Positions 1 through 13,030 of a DNA stretch of 64,000 nucleotides are shown here, piece after piece. Both the position numbers and the translations under genes were made by a program. Source of the stretch: Camelus dromedarius (Eukaryota); the NCBI RefSeq assembly GCF_036321535.1, contig NC_087436.1, positions 64,606,001-64,670,000 of the forward strand, given 5' to 3'. Numbering within the stretch: the stretch's first letter is position 1; each line of letters begins with the position of its first letter. The notes beneath the pieces were generated by a model. The model saw nothing but the letters and a program-made list of their open reading frames with translations, searched no databases and had not been told where the DNA came from.

Positions 1-1499
1 AGAGGGCACTGATTTACTTACTACTTATGATTATGATTCACTTACCAGTTGAGCCTATGTTTTCTCATTTGTAAAGTTATGATTTCATAGTTATAATTAC
101 TCTACACAGTTTTTAATCAGAATTCAATGAATACTAGAGATAAGGAAAAACATTGCAGGATGTAAAGCACTATACAGATGTTCATTATTTTCGCTGTTTT
201 CCATTAGTGTCCTCCACAGAGTATAATCTGTAGTAACATTCAAAATAGTATTTATTCTTTTCAAGGCAGGCTGAACAAAAGAATTAAACAGAATAAATCA
301 AATCATTAGAATGAAATAAGCCATGGTCAATACATTTCAGGGGACAGGAGAATTAAAAATTTCTTTTGGAAATAAGGTTAATTATGAGGGGAAAATGTTA
401 ACATGGAGGGCTTTTTTGGTTACTTTTATGAAAATACTATAAGAATGACAATATAAGGAAGATTGCACAATTTTGTTTAAGTGTTTTATATAAACAATCA
501 CTCAAGCTTATTTTCTTTTACATAGTAGCCTTTCCCTGATACACAACCTCAAGCATATGAGGTACTTAAAAACACATAGTTTTATGAAACTAGGTGTATC
601 ATCAGGTAAGACTCAATAACAGTATGCACTGGAAAAGTGTCAGATCCTTCCTGGAAGTAGAGAGAGACGGACTCTTGATGGCATATGATATAGGCCGGAA
701 CTTGGCCAACGTGTGTTGCTCTGACTCTTCAGTGAATCCAGATCTTTTTTCACAGTATCTAGCAATAAGACAGATTCTTTCCTGGGCACTGGTAACAACA
801 CGTTTATCAATAGTAGTGCTTATTCTGCCAAAAGCTAGCACTGAGCAGAGCCCTTGGGAGTCTTACATGGCAATAAATGGAAGGGAAGGGGTGGGAGATC
901 AGGGACAGCTTTTAAAATTGACTTTTATTCTGTTTAAAGACGAATGGAATGATATGACCCTGCTTGTAGACATCTCTCTGCAGCACAGATCCAAGGAAAT
1001 AAGTTCTATACTGACCCTTAACATTAGTGTTCCTTTATTAAGCCAAGTCCTTGTAATGTATTTCATAACAAATTGAACTTTAAAAAATATTTTATCAGTG
1101 TTATTGCTTCACAAAAGTATATTCAATTTAAGTATGATTGTTCTGAGATAAGGTCATCTGAGGAAAGAGGAGGCTTTATATTCTCCCTGCTTATTTTCTC
1201 TTTGAATTATCTCCTTGAATTTTCTTAATGTAGAGTGAAATGCATTTATGAAATAACTTTTTCAGCCCATCAACTGTGGAGACATATAGCTGCCCCATTT
1301 GCTGTTTCCTTCTATTTATCCTTTTCCATCTCTGTGAAATTTTACAACTGGACTCTCCTTTGCTTCCTTGACCTATCCCTGATATTCATCTATCTTGGCT
1401 GAGAGCTTATTAACTCTTAGTCAGACAACAAGGCTAAAAGTTAAGGAAATAGTCTTGACAAAACACACTTTAGTATATAACCCTGTCTTGTTAAATTTG

Positions 1500-1865
1500 G
1501 AAAGGTTCCCTGATGGAGATGGCATCCAATCTAAGCCCTAAAGAATACATAGGAATTACCAGGTAGAAATGGGGGCAGGACCGCTGCAGCATATGCAAAT
1601 ACCCTGAGGCCAAAAGAACAGGGGGCAGTTGGGAAACTACTGGTAATTTTGTGTGATTTAAGAGTACAGATACAAGATGGGAAAACGTTATAAATGAGCT
1701 GGAGAAAGAAACCCATAAGGGCTCTAGGCATGAAGAAAAGGAGTCCAGCCTTTGTTTGGATGGCAGATAGAAACCATTTAAGGATTTTAACCTGGGGAGT
1801 AACGCATTCCAATTTATAACCTACGAGATGCCTCTGGCAAAAGGTAGAGGATGGTTTGAATAGGG
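1500..1865 (-). mobile_element. LINE-2 fragment
   Basis: atgcaaataccctgaggc...ccatttaaggattttaacctggggagtaac...agatgcctctggca. Confidence 0.5.
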
Positions 1866-4536
1866 TAATTTTAGAGAAAAATAAAGAACATTGATTTTCA
1901 TTATGTGCTGCTATCGTTAAATACATTTTGGTGGGATACTGTAGTCTTTTAAAATCTGAAATCTGGATCAAATAGAACACAATGATGTATCAAATCTATG
2001 CTAAAAGACATAATTCAAACTTGGCAAGTCTAGAATCACAGCAAGCAAACATCTTGTGATACTATGTCTTTGTTCCTTGTGCGTGATTTGTGTGATTGAT
2101 ACAACAGGCGGGCAAATCTTAGGACCACACACATGATAATGCAGTTTTATCAGAACAAAAATGATTACAGATCTCTTCTCTTCCCTGAGCGTTATATGCT
2201 AGATAAAATATCTAACTAAAGGAAGGTGCATTTATTTAGAAAACATTCTTTAGTACCTATATAATTCTCAAGAAGAGAAGGAAGACAATTAAAAATGGAG
2301 CCTCTATTTTAAAATTAATTTTTACTCTATTTCAAAAACTTCTTGAATAAGTAAATTTGACCATGAGATTATTTAACTAATACAGTTAAGTGCTATGAAT
2401 CTTCATTTTTACATGATCAAACTAACGGACAAAGAAGAACTCAAAATGCTTTATTTGAAACAAAAACTATAGCTCATTATCAGTGAAAAGATTTAGAGTC
2501 CCCATTAAAAATTTAAGCTATTCAAAAAGTTCCCTTCAAAAGTACAAATGAGAGATGGCATTACTTAAACTCAAGGAGTCAGAGAAATACTTGGAGATAG
2601 CTTTTAACTATCACCTTACTACTCCACTGAGTAGTATGAAATCAAAGATAATTTCCCATCAGCTGGAAAAATCTGCACAAAAAAATGGGCTTATATCCCA
2701 GCAATGACTCTACTGACATATACTTTGTAAAGGCTAATGCTTAATATTAATAAAAAATATATTATTTAAATATTAATGTTAATAGATAATATTTAATTTT
2801 CAAATTATGAAATTTTCTTAATTTTTATGTTTCCTTTTTGGAACATTCTGTTAATTTTATATGCAAACTATATATTAGAATCATTTATGCTGTTTATAAT
2901 TTTAAGAAATCAGTTCACCTTATATTTTAAAATATGGTGCTAAATTTTATATTTGAATTGCGTTAAATGCTTAGTGTCAATGATTTTATTTTATAAATCC
3001 TGAGTTTTTATTTTATCTGTCTCAATAGATATTGAAATACCAATATTCGCATTTTTCTCTGGTGTTGAGCTTTTATTAGGAAGAATGTTAAAAGGCCACT
3101 GTTTTCATTCACTGATGATAGGGGGCTGAACGTAGATAGTGGTGATTGGAGAGAGAGAAAAATTTTAACAATGAGACAGAATCAACCAGACTTGGCAATT
3201 TGGGAATATGGTGTATATAGAAAAAGAAGGGGAAAAAGAGGATACTTTGTCTTCTTATGTAAACGTAAATGTATTTATGAATATTGCATTCACATAGAAA
3301 AAGGAAGAAGAGGGGAAGAGGAAACAGAGGAAAAAGCAAGAAGACAATATAGCAAATAGCATCACTTCAGAAAAATGCCACAATTTCAATGATTAAATGA
3401 ATGTTCAAAAAACTCATACCCTTCCCCTTGCTGTCTATATCCTGTTTCATATACACCAAACACACTGTGATGGATTTGGCATCTCTTCTGGGGCAGCGGA
3501 GTCTGGTTGATGACATGGTAAAGCAGACTGTGAATGATAGACAAAAGGAGGCTCATCACGGGACTCCCTGCATTTCCTCCAACCCGAGCTACTTGGAATC
3601 TGAGTAGAGCCAGTGCCCCTAGAGGTATTGCCAGTAAGTTAGGTCAAGAGTAGTCTCTGATCTTACAGTGTAGGTCTGCGGCGGATGTGATGTGGAGGCC
3701 TGGTGAACTCTTGCATTCCCAGGGTGGGAATATAAATATACTTTCCCAGAGAGAGGATTCTCTGCAGTGACTTGTTATAGTATTGTTGGGACATTCCTTT
3801 GGATACATTGTAGATTTAATAACCTGTTAATATCTGGTCAAGCAACTCAACCACTTTTATTTGGAACTTGGAATACATTGGGAAAAATGCCACTAAAAAA
3901 AATCTAGTTAGGAAATAATTTATGAACACATTAATTGGAAATAACTTATACTTTACATTAGTAAGTGTTAAGTTTGAAAGTTTTCATAGGATGGGTCAGT
4001 TCTAAGAGCATCAGAGTAAATCACCAAGCTACTCTAATTTGTATTAAGGAGATTATACTCAGAATAGTTCTTTATTTTTGAGCTTGTGAGCACTTCAGTT
4101 TCTATTTTTGGGGGGGGGGGGCTCTCCCCTGTATGCTGCATCTGCAGAGATTCACATTATACTTAATGTGGAAAGAATACTGTATACAGCTCTCTCTCTT
4201 TCTATACCAAGTTTGAAAATCCTAAGGAGAGGGTTTTAAGTTTTAGTCACCTAATTGTCATAAGGCCTGAAGAATTAAGAAGCTTACTGAAGAGTTGAAT
4301 TGTGCTGTAACTTTGTTTCCTGTGATTGGAGTTGAGAAGAACCACAAACAAACCTACTTAGCATTACTCAGTGGCTGTCTTGTTACTCAAGTAACACTGG
4401 TATTTTAGTATTGGCTTATTTTTCCCATGTTGGCTACTTGAATTGTCAGATGAAAACGGCTTCTGAAGTATTAGGACATCTTTTGGTCCTACTCTGAACA
4501 AGCAATGGAGGTGTTTTCTTTTGAATTTTATTTCAG

Positions 4537-4839
4537 AAATCTCTACCACAGGACCTCTTGGCATGGGAAGCACCACCACCAGTACGACCCTTCGGACCAC
4601 AACTTGGAGCCCAGGCAGGAGTACCACCCCATCAGTGGCAGGAAGAAGAAACCGGAGTACCAGCACCCCATCTCCAGCCATCGAGGTGCTTGACGACATT
4701 ACCACACACCTTCCGTCAGCATCATCCCAGATCCCAGCTCTGGAAGAGAGCTGTGAGGCTGTGGAGGCTCGAGAAATCATGTGGTTTAAGACCCGTCAAG
4801 GACAGATGGCAAAGCAGCCATGCCCCGCAGGAACCATAG
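4537..4839 (+). CDS. ADGRL3: ADGRL3 coding exon: Ser/Thr-rich linker and start of the hormone-receptor (HormR) domain
   Basis: Borders tttcag|AA and ATAG|gtaagt; 303 nt, phase 1-1. Encodes ISTTGPLGMGSTTTSTTLRTTT...EESCEAVEAREIMWFKTRQGQMAKQPCPAGTI, recognised as latrophilin-3. Confidence 0.97.
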   Translation, partial: KSLPQDLLAWEAPPPVRPFGPQLGAQAGVPPHQWQEEETGVPAPHLQPSRCLTTLPHTFRQHHPRSQLWKRAVRLWRLEKSCGLRPVKDRWQSSHAPQEP

Positions 4840-4954
4840 GTAAGTCTCTCCTACAGAGCTGAGCTAAAGGTGTACTGTTACGTTAGCTTGCTTTTATAGC
4901 ATTTTTTGTTTTCCTTTCTTTTCTCCTTTCTTTCTTTTCTTTCTTTCTTGTATT

Positions 4955-4975
4955 TTGTTGTTGTTGTTGTTGTTG
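4955..4975 (+). repeat. (TTG)7 microsatellite after a T/C-rich tract
   Basis: Read directly. Confidence 0.85.
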
Positions 4976-5804
4976 CAGTGTATTTTGGTTACTTTACATT
5001 TGATTAAATTCTGAACTGAATATTAAGTAATGCATTTTCAGAGTTTGAGAAAGCAATCTGAAGAAGTCACAGGTAAGAATTTGGTGGGAATACCTGTGAG
5101 ATCCATACTGGTCACCCATAGTGTCAGGTCTCTGAGTCGAGTTACAGTGAAGCTGTGAATGTCCCAGAAACTCCCGAGAGCCAGCTCTTCTGTGCAACAG
5201 CCCAGAGTGAATCACTGGATTGGTGGGAGCTAGTTCTCGTGTTTGTCACCGATTGTCAAATGTTTATTGCAGAAAATTAGGTCAAGAACTTCTGTATTAG
5301 AAGATGATTATTGAAGCTATCCAACATTTAACAAAAGAGAAGATTTGACTATCTGTTTCTTTCCAAGCCATCATAGCTGTTCTTTATTAGTCAAAGGCTC
5401 TTGACGTTGTCAGGGATGGTGCTGGTGGGAGCCAACCTCCACTTACACACCATCCACTAGAGAGAACAGTCCTGCACTGTTTTCTCTAGGGGATAGTCAA
5501 GAACTAGATAGCTCTTCCCCCACCCCACCCTTTTTTTTTTTTAAATTGATGTGATTCATAATATCCCCAAAGGGATAAATCCCCATATTACTATTTACTA
5601 TTTTAAGCCAGAAATAGTTTGATTTCTTATTGTTACCTGTACTGATCTTCATAAAACTGATACTTGATACCCTGCATAAAATTTACATTATTCCATAAAA
5701 TGTGTAAATGAAATAAATGCACATAGATGTCACTGTACTAGCATTGTTAGGGACTGTGTCTTCGGGAATAATTGATTTGGTTACTTCAACAGGTTTGTCG
5801 TAGC

Positions 5805-5930
5805 GGGGAGGGTATAGCTCAGTGGTAGAGCACACACCTAACATGCACAAGGTCCAGAGTTCAATCCTCAGTACCTCCATCCAATAAATATATAAATATA
5901 ATTCCCTTCTCCCCCTCCAAAAAAAAAATA
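5805..5930 (+). mobile_element. tRNA-derived SINE (camelid Vic-1-like)
   Basis: GGGGAGGGTATAGCTCAGTGGTAGAGC (A box), GTTCAATCC (B box), then an AT-rich spacer, C-rich stretch and A tail. Homologous to two other copies in the window. Confidence 0.88.
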
Positions 5931-6164
5931 AATTTTTTTTACAAACCAGTTGTCTTAAAAAAGTTCCAATATGGATATGTCCTTCTGAATGCCATGGTCT
6001 GCGAAGTGGTGGGAAGACCAGAAGATATGTTGATTTTTATAAAAGTGCATTTTGTTTTTCAGCAAAGTGTTTAAAAATATTCTGAAATTTTCCTTCCCTT
6101 TATGAAGGGGTGCAGTGTTTAGTTCTAAAGTTTTCTGTGGTATTGAAATTAGAAAACAGTTGAA

Positions 6165-6325
6165 ACTTCTCTCTTAGCACTGTCCCCTTAGTTCTGGACC
6201 TCAGCATCCTCATCTCTGAAAGAGAAATGGTAACAGCCCCCCTTCTTCAGCTGTTCATTGTGAAGGTTAGTGAAATACTTTATTTGAAGACAGTTTGCAA
6301 ACTACGAAGTGCTACAAAGTATTAT
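6165..6325 (+). mobile_element. MIR SINE fragment
   Basis: tctggacctcagcatcctcatctctgaaa...ttgtgaaggttagtgaaata resembles the MIR core. Confidence 0.55.
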
Positions 6326-6399
6326 TGTCCCATGAATATTAGGAAAGAAATTTGAAGGAAACCTTCTGAGGCCCTCCTTCCCAGGTGACTGGGCATACA

Positions 6400-6888
6400 C
6401 TGCTGTCTTATTTTTACCCTTTCTCTGTCCCCTCTGCTGTGCCCCTGTTCAGGCCCACACAGTGTCTTCTCACTTGAATTATTACAATAGCTTCCACACA
6501 ACCTCTGCATCACTCCCTAAAATCCATCTTCCATGCTGCTGCCACAGTTCTCTTTCTAAAACCGAAATCAGCCCATTGGTCTCCTCTGCTTAATGGTCAT
6601 CGTTGATTCTCCAGCACCAACAGATGACAGACAAGGGCGTTTATGATCTGGCTCTGGTGGCCTTTCCAACTACATTAAATACAACTCCCCTACCCAGCAG
6701 ACCTCAGTTCAAAACACTTGAAGATTCCCAAAGACAGCAAACTGATTCCTTTAAGACACAGCTGCTACCTTTACTCTGAAAACTCAAGCGGTAAGCCCCA
6801 TGGAGGCAGGTACCACATCCATCTGATTAATGAAATTATTCCCTGTACCTGGTGTAGTTGCCAGCAAGTGCTTGAAAAATATATTTGT
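6400..6888 (+). mobile_element. LINE-2 3' fragment; a SINE begins at its tail
   Basis: tctcacttgaattattacaatagcttcc...aatccatcttccatgctgctgccacag...gtaagccccatggaggcagg...aaatatatttgt. Confidence 0.6.
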
Positions 6889-7024
6889 GGGGGAGGTGGT
6901 TATAGCCAAGTGGTAGAGCACATGGTTAGCATGCACAAGGTCCTAGATTCAATCCCTGGTACTTCCATTTAAAAAACATAAACAAATGAACCTAATTACC
7001 TCTCCCTCCCCCCACCCCCAAAAA
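6889..7024 (+). mobile_element. tRNA-derived SINE (camelid Vic-1-like)
   Basis: GGTTATAGCCAAGTGGTAGAGCACATGGTTAGCATGCACAAGGTCCTAGATTCAATCCC, then AACCTAATTACCTC and a C-rich end. Confidence 0.85.
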
Positions 7025-7225
7025 TTGAGTTTTTGTTTGTTGTGTTATATTTCTCTAATGCCTATTGCTAGCTAGGCACTGTACATGGTGTTTTAATAGA
7101 CATTATAACAGTTTAATGATTACATTCTTACCTTTGCTCATATTTAAACATTGCATGGATATAAAGTCATTGTAAGAAAGATGGTTTGAATATTTGAAGG
7201 AGACCTATTTCTCTCATTATTTTAG

Positions 7226-7329
7226 GAGTATCAACATATCTGTGCCTGGCTCCTGATGGAATTTGGGATCCCCAAGGACCAGATCTTAGCAACTGTTCTT
7301 CTCCTTGGGTCAACCATATAACACAGAAG
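7226..7329 (+). CDS. ADGRL3: ADGRL3 coding exon: HormR domain, C-terminal half
   Basis: Borders ttttag|GA and AAG|gtaaat; 104 nt, phase 1-0. Encodes (G)VSTYLCLAPDGIWDPQGPDLSNCSSPWVNHITQK. Not in the ORF track; read by hand. Confidence 0.97.
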
Positions 7330-9299
7330 GTAAATCATATGACTGACAAGGAAGGATTTGCCAAATCTAGATCCTCTGCTAATTATAACTGCTAAAAACA
7401 AAATAGTCAGTTTTTTTAAATTAATGTGGAAAAAATTCTCCTACTTTAATTTAATTTAAGGTTTAATGACAGCCCTAATGTGCTATGAGCTAATCCTAGA
7501 ATTTTGTTATTCTTAAAGGGCAAATCCATGTACTTCCTCTAAGCCAGACAGTATTGCTTATAATAATTTTATTATTAATAAAAATTTTATGGTATTGTGA
7601 ACTATAGATATAAAAGTCCAAGAGGTATTATAAATCAAGCAAGTAAAAACTTCTGGCATACATACAAGTGGATTTTCCTGTGGAAATAATAATTATCCCC
7701 AAAAAAGGTCTACCTTTGGAATCTTAATCCATTTGATAAATGTTCTGTGACCTAATCATTTATCAGTGTTAAAAGTATACACATATGTGACAGAACCTTG
7801 CAAACTCAAATTTGCAGGGCTTATTTGGTTGCGCTATGTTGAACATTTTTATTATTAATGCACTGTGGGGCTTTGAATTGATTTCATTACAAACAGAGAC
7901 CAGATGTGCATTTATGCCAAAAGGGCTATGGGATGAATCCTTATTATAGCAATTTGTGCGGATTTACGCACTTCTAAAATGAAGAGTCCTTCTATGGCAC
8001 ATTAGCTATGCTGAGGAATTTCTGAAAGAGATTTTTCCTGAGAAATATTACAAATGATGGCCTTACTAAAAGCCTGTCTGTACCATTTGCTCTCTTCTCT
8101 ATTTGTTTTTAACCAGGTTGATCCTCAATAATTGACTGTATAATAATCCATAAAAATCTCCCTAGTAGATCACTTAGCAGATGAGCCGTAACTATCTATT
8201 TACCCTAAATCATGGAAGAACAGGTTATATTGACTCCAGTTACCCTCTTACATATGCATCTCCTTGCTTGTTGCTATTCATAATGCTGCTTCTCCAATTT
8301 CAGTACTGTTCCTGCCACAGTTTTTATGTCCTTTGATTTTATTACAATGTAGCCCAGGGCAAATAACTCTTGCTGGATGTGATCAGATTAAAAGATCAGT
8401 AGCATATCTCCTTACATTAGCAACTTTTAAAAAATATTCCCTATGTACTTAGCCCAGGGGTTAATATTAATTCAGCAATAATTCACCTAGAAAGCTGAGT
8501 GTTTTCATGGTAATTCCTGAATGTGGTTGGCCTATCTCATTACAGAAAATACTGATGATTTGAACTGATAATGATACTTAATTCTTTTCTTTCTTCTGCA
8601 GACCTGCTAATCTTAGGACAAAAGAGACTGTTCCTTGCAAAGACCAGACAGCTGTTGTCCATTTGATTTAGGGATGGAATGTTTTTGTTTTATGACAAAT
8701 ATGTTCCATTCTTCCAGAGCATTTCTATATAATCCTGTAGAGTCTGTAAAAATCATATTATAATTATATCAAGATTATACAATTTAGGTGGTTGGAATTT
8801 ATGATGATACCTTGGTTTGATTATTTATAAATTGGTAGAATCTTCAAAAGTGTACCAGGAGGCTTTTCTGCCCTGTGAATCTGCTTGTGTAACCATCCCT
8901 GGGTCAGTGCTGATGCTGGCGTTTAGCTGGGTCTACCTTTCTCAAGACATCACGCTTAGTTACAGCACTGGTTACATGGTGAACAATTATGACAGCTCTT
9001 ATATCCCACACCCACTCGCCTAATCTCTCTTCACTTCTCTCCCCTCTTTACCTGGTGTGTCCCTTATACCTCCAAATGTTTATGCTGTTCAGTAAACATA
9101 AACGATAGTTGAACAGGTTACCACAAAACTCCAACACTTTAAAATATTAACATTATAAACTTGAGAGAGTTTATATGCAATGTTCACAGTTATTTGCCCC
9201 TGTTTCCTCTCCCCTCCTCCCCAAAGCATCTTCCACAGGATTCATCTCTTTGCTCATTTCCTCCTTCAGTACCTGAGTCCCAACAACAAACAGGTAGAA

Positions 9300-9700
9300 C
9301 CTTTGAAGAGGTTTTGTTTACAGTGGTATTGGGGGAGCAAAGATGAACTGCAAGGGATTGAGCAGGAACGCAGAGCTAGTAACAAGGATGGAGCTGTTCC
9401 CAACCTCAGGCCTGTGGATGCCAGATCAAAGGAATGATGAAAAATTGGAAGCAGGGTGTTCTTGAGAGGAAAGATGACCTATAGACAAGAGACACAACCT
9501 AGCCTCAGGCAGCTTTTCAGAAAAGATCTCGAGGAATAAGTACTCTGATCTCACCCACCCTCTTTCCTCCATCCACTTGTCCAGCCTCCCCACTGGCCAA
9601 ACCCAAACAAAAGCCAGAGAAGAGTGGTGCTCTTAATAACAACATGTAAGTCCACCTTCTATGGCAGAGAGAAAGATGAAGGAGGATGGAAAGTGGCCTT
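9300..9700. mobile_element. Ancient LTR fragment (MaLR/ERVL-like)
   Basis: cctccccactggccaaacccaaacaaaagccagag resembles a motif of old eutherian LTRs. Family and strand uncertain. Confidence 0.4.
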
Positions 9701-12479
9701 GAATTAGCAAAAAGGGCCCAGCAAAAGTACCCAGCAGAGTTCACAGTTTTTGCTTCCCTTCTCTCACCTCTCCTCCCTTTCCTAACCCCCTCTCTTTCTC
9801 ATTTTACTGCCTCTCTCTTCCCTCCTTACTTCCCTTTGTCCCATCCTCTTTCCTCTGCTCTGACCTCTCCACTTTTCTTTAATGTATTTTTTTATGCCAT
9901 GTTGAAAAATTAAAGTGAAATAGGTTATTTACAATGATTCGGTCCTTCCCGCCTCCCCTCATTGTGGTTCTGTGAACTTCAGAGAGTTTTAAAGTAGAGG
10001 AACACTTTTTACCTCCAATAAAAGCAGAGATGAAAAAAGAAAGGAGGGGATGATTCTCTCATTTGAACAGTGTATTCAGTTTTCCCTCCCCAAGACTTTG
10101 TGGGTAAATGCCCCCTGGAATAAGAGGCCCCTGCCTCACAGCTTTATAGTGCCTGTGGGGAATTCCTGAGGGCTTTAAAGGAAAGGACCCTCTGGACCAC
10201 AGTCTCTGCATCTTTCCCATGGGAAGGATCATTCATTTTGCTGTCAGTGCTGTTCACTCACTGGATGTCAGGCACCACTGTAGACAGCAAGTATACACAA
10301 ATAAATGGATCGGGATGCTTACTTTAGTTGGAAAAAACAAACCTTAAATTTTCATTTTCATTAAGAAATGAGTTATGTTTTTTCCCCTGCAGTCAGGCCA
10401 GGAGGGAGAAAAAAAAAAAACAAAGAGTCTTGATGGATTCTGACTTACAAATGAATTCAGGCCACTTATATACTGGTAAAATTATAGGTTAAATTTTGAG
10501 TAGTCTTAGAGAGTAAATTACATTTCACTAGAGAAAATGTAAGCGTTTCAAGTCAGACTATCAGGAAGAAATTTGTAACATACTGGCCAGAATACTTTCA
10601 TAATGATGAGATTTACTAAAAAGCATAATTTATACAGAAAAGGAAAAGCAAAAGTTGTACACAAAGGAATATTTATCTCAACAAAATTGGCGGGGTGTAG
10701 GGGCAGAGAGGGAGAGAGGTTGGTAGGATGGAGGGATGGGTGAACAGAAAGGTGGGTGCAAAGATAAATGGATGATTGGGTAGAAAGATAGGACAGATAG
10801 CAAGATAGGTATATATGTCTTCAAATTAATGTCTTTTTAAAAAGATTTTCCTATTTTTATTAGAAGCCAACAAATTAGAGCTCTACCTCGTCAAACATAT
10901 GTGGTAAAATATTCTGTTTTCTCACCTTTCTTAATGATTGTTTACTGAAATCATCTCTGGCTTCAGCGTGATCTCTAACTTGGACTCAAATTTTCAAAGA
11001 GTTTCTATTTTCTATTTTGCATACATTTAAAGAATTCATTGCACTTTAGAATCCCGCCCATCTTTGTCAATTCAAAACTCTGTGAAATTATAGTTGTGAA
11101 GAGCTTTCATATTTATTTACATGTGAAGTAAGGTCTGCTTCCTACTTCATAACCTGGTCCAACCATCATATGAAATCAAAGAAATGCCTGAATTGTTACT
11201 AAGAAATAGTCTTTCTGTTTCTAGCATACTGAAGTATCTTTTCTTTTGTTTGCACACAAGCTACTAGCAGATTTTGAGATAATATAGGGTTCTTTCTGCA
11301 TTTTCTAAAGAAGGGTGTGAAGATCTAGAAATGATATTGCTGTTTTACAGTATAAAATAAGCCAGCTATTTACTCTGGAAGACTGGTTGAACCCTGTCCC
11401 CAGATCTTACTTTCTCCATTTTTTTAGCCTCCATAGATCTAATATGGAATGAAAGTAAATTGCTTGTTGATTTTATCAGAGATTAATGGGATTTCCACAT
11501 CTTCAGGCTCATTTAGCCTACATTCTATTGTAAGGTAGAAACATTTTATTGTTTATATACCCACTTGACTCAGATTTATAGAAAAATAGGTAGATCTTTC
11601 AAAGAAATAGTAGCTTTTGTACTTAAACACTGTGAGCAACTCGGAATTTTTTTGGCACCTGATTAATGTTTGATGTAACAAATCTCATAAAATGTCAAAG
11701 CTTATTTCAAAGAAAACTGTTTTCACTTGTGTCAAAATTTGAAATGTAAATAGTATCCATCTCTGTCATAATTATTATCCTTAACTAAAGCAGCAGGGTT
11801 TCCCCTCCCCTGTTCAAGCCCTAGATATAATCCCACCATTTCAATAAAGGCATGAATTTACTAATGTTCACAAAACTCATAAGATTTCTCACTGTGCATG
11901 TACTTATTTCTGAGAAATAATTTTAACAGAATTTAGTAAAATAAATGTTAGAGATAGACAATGTAATGAGATCCTTAAGCTAGGATATGTGGAATAACTA
12001 TTTCAACCCTGCCTCTTTGCACAGATGACTTGAGGCAGATTCAAGATACTAATATATTTTTGTATTAAAATAAAATCTTTGTAGTTCATGCTAACTGTGG
12101 TGAGAAAAATAAATATGACAGTCAGAAAGAAGAGTGGCTTCTGGATGCCACTGGAAAGAAAATGGCCAATGAAGGCCTGGTCCAGAAAGGCAGCCTGCTT
12201 GAATGCTGACTTCATCACAGTGGCTGTGGGAGAATCCAGCTGAGGGCAACATGGCCACTAACAAGAAACTTGGAGATGGCTCTTGGTGCCTCCCTTTCCT
12301 TCTTCTCACACATCTAATCGACAGTAGGCCTGTGGGTGTACCTGTAACTCTCTCCCAAATCAGGCGGCTTGTCACTATTCTCTGCTGCCACTACCCCGAT
12401 CCACAGCAGCTTCTTCACTGAGGTAGTCCCACAGCAGGCCACCTTTCATTCACTCCTGAACCCTCTAATTATTCTACTG

Positions 12480-13030
12480 AGTTTGATTTCAGATATAAAC
12501 CTAACTGGGCCACCCTTGTTTAGACTCTTTAGTACCTTCTCTTTGCTCTTTACAGAATTTCCCCAAATCTTCATCATGACTTCCAAAGGGGGACTACATC
12601 ATCTACTCCTTGCTCACCTCATCAGCTGTCCAGTTAAACCCCAGCCACAGTGCCCTTCATGCCACACCTTGAAGACTCCCTGCCCCTCTCTTCCTGGAAG
12701 CCCCCACCCTCATCCCAGCTGAATTCCCTCTTTTCTGTTTCATCTCAGATTAAACATTCTCAGAGAAGCGTTTCCTAAATTATTCCCTGACTTCAGACAG
12801 CAGGTTAAAATGCCTTTGAACTGTGCTACCACACGGGGATTCTGTATTGCACTCAAAAAAAAATTGAAATGAAGTAATTGTGCAATTATTTGTTGACAGC
12901 CTTTTCCATTGCTGGTATGTAAGGTCCTGTTATGGGGAACCATTTTATTAACCATTTTATCCCCAGACTTTAGCTTAGTGCTATTAGAAATTCAAATTTT
13001 AGTTAAAGAACAAATGAACAGATAGACTGA
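12480..13030 (+). mobile_element. LINE-2 3' fragment
   Basis: tctcagattaaacattctcagagaagc...tgtaaggtcc...tttatccccag...gaacaaatgaa. Confidence 0.5.

Noticed and set aside
594..3607. ORFs of 60-160 aa on both strands, like most of the ORF track
   Set aside because: No recognisable protein similarity; many start at non-ATG codons or overlap L2 or low-complexity DNA. Expected by chance in introns.
4364..4839. Overlapping ORFs in other frames and antisense over the exon (also at 38765, 48739 and 63619)
   Set aside because: Shadows of stop-poor, GC-richer coding sequence; no independent support.
5805..5880. tRNA gene calls here, at 6889 and at 61470-61550
   Set aside because: A and B boxes are present, but the copies are diverged, share a SINE tail and one has a TSD. 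They are SINEs, not tRNAs.
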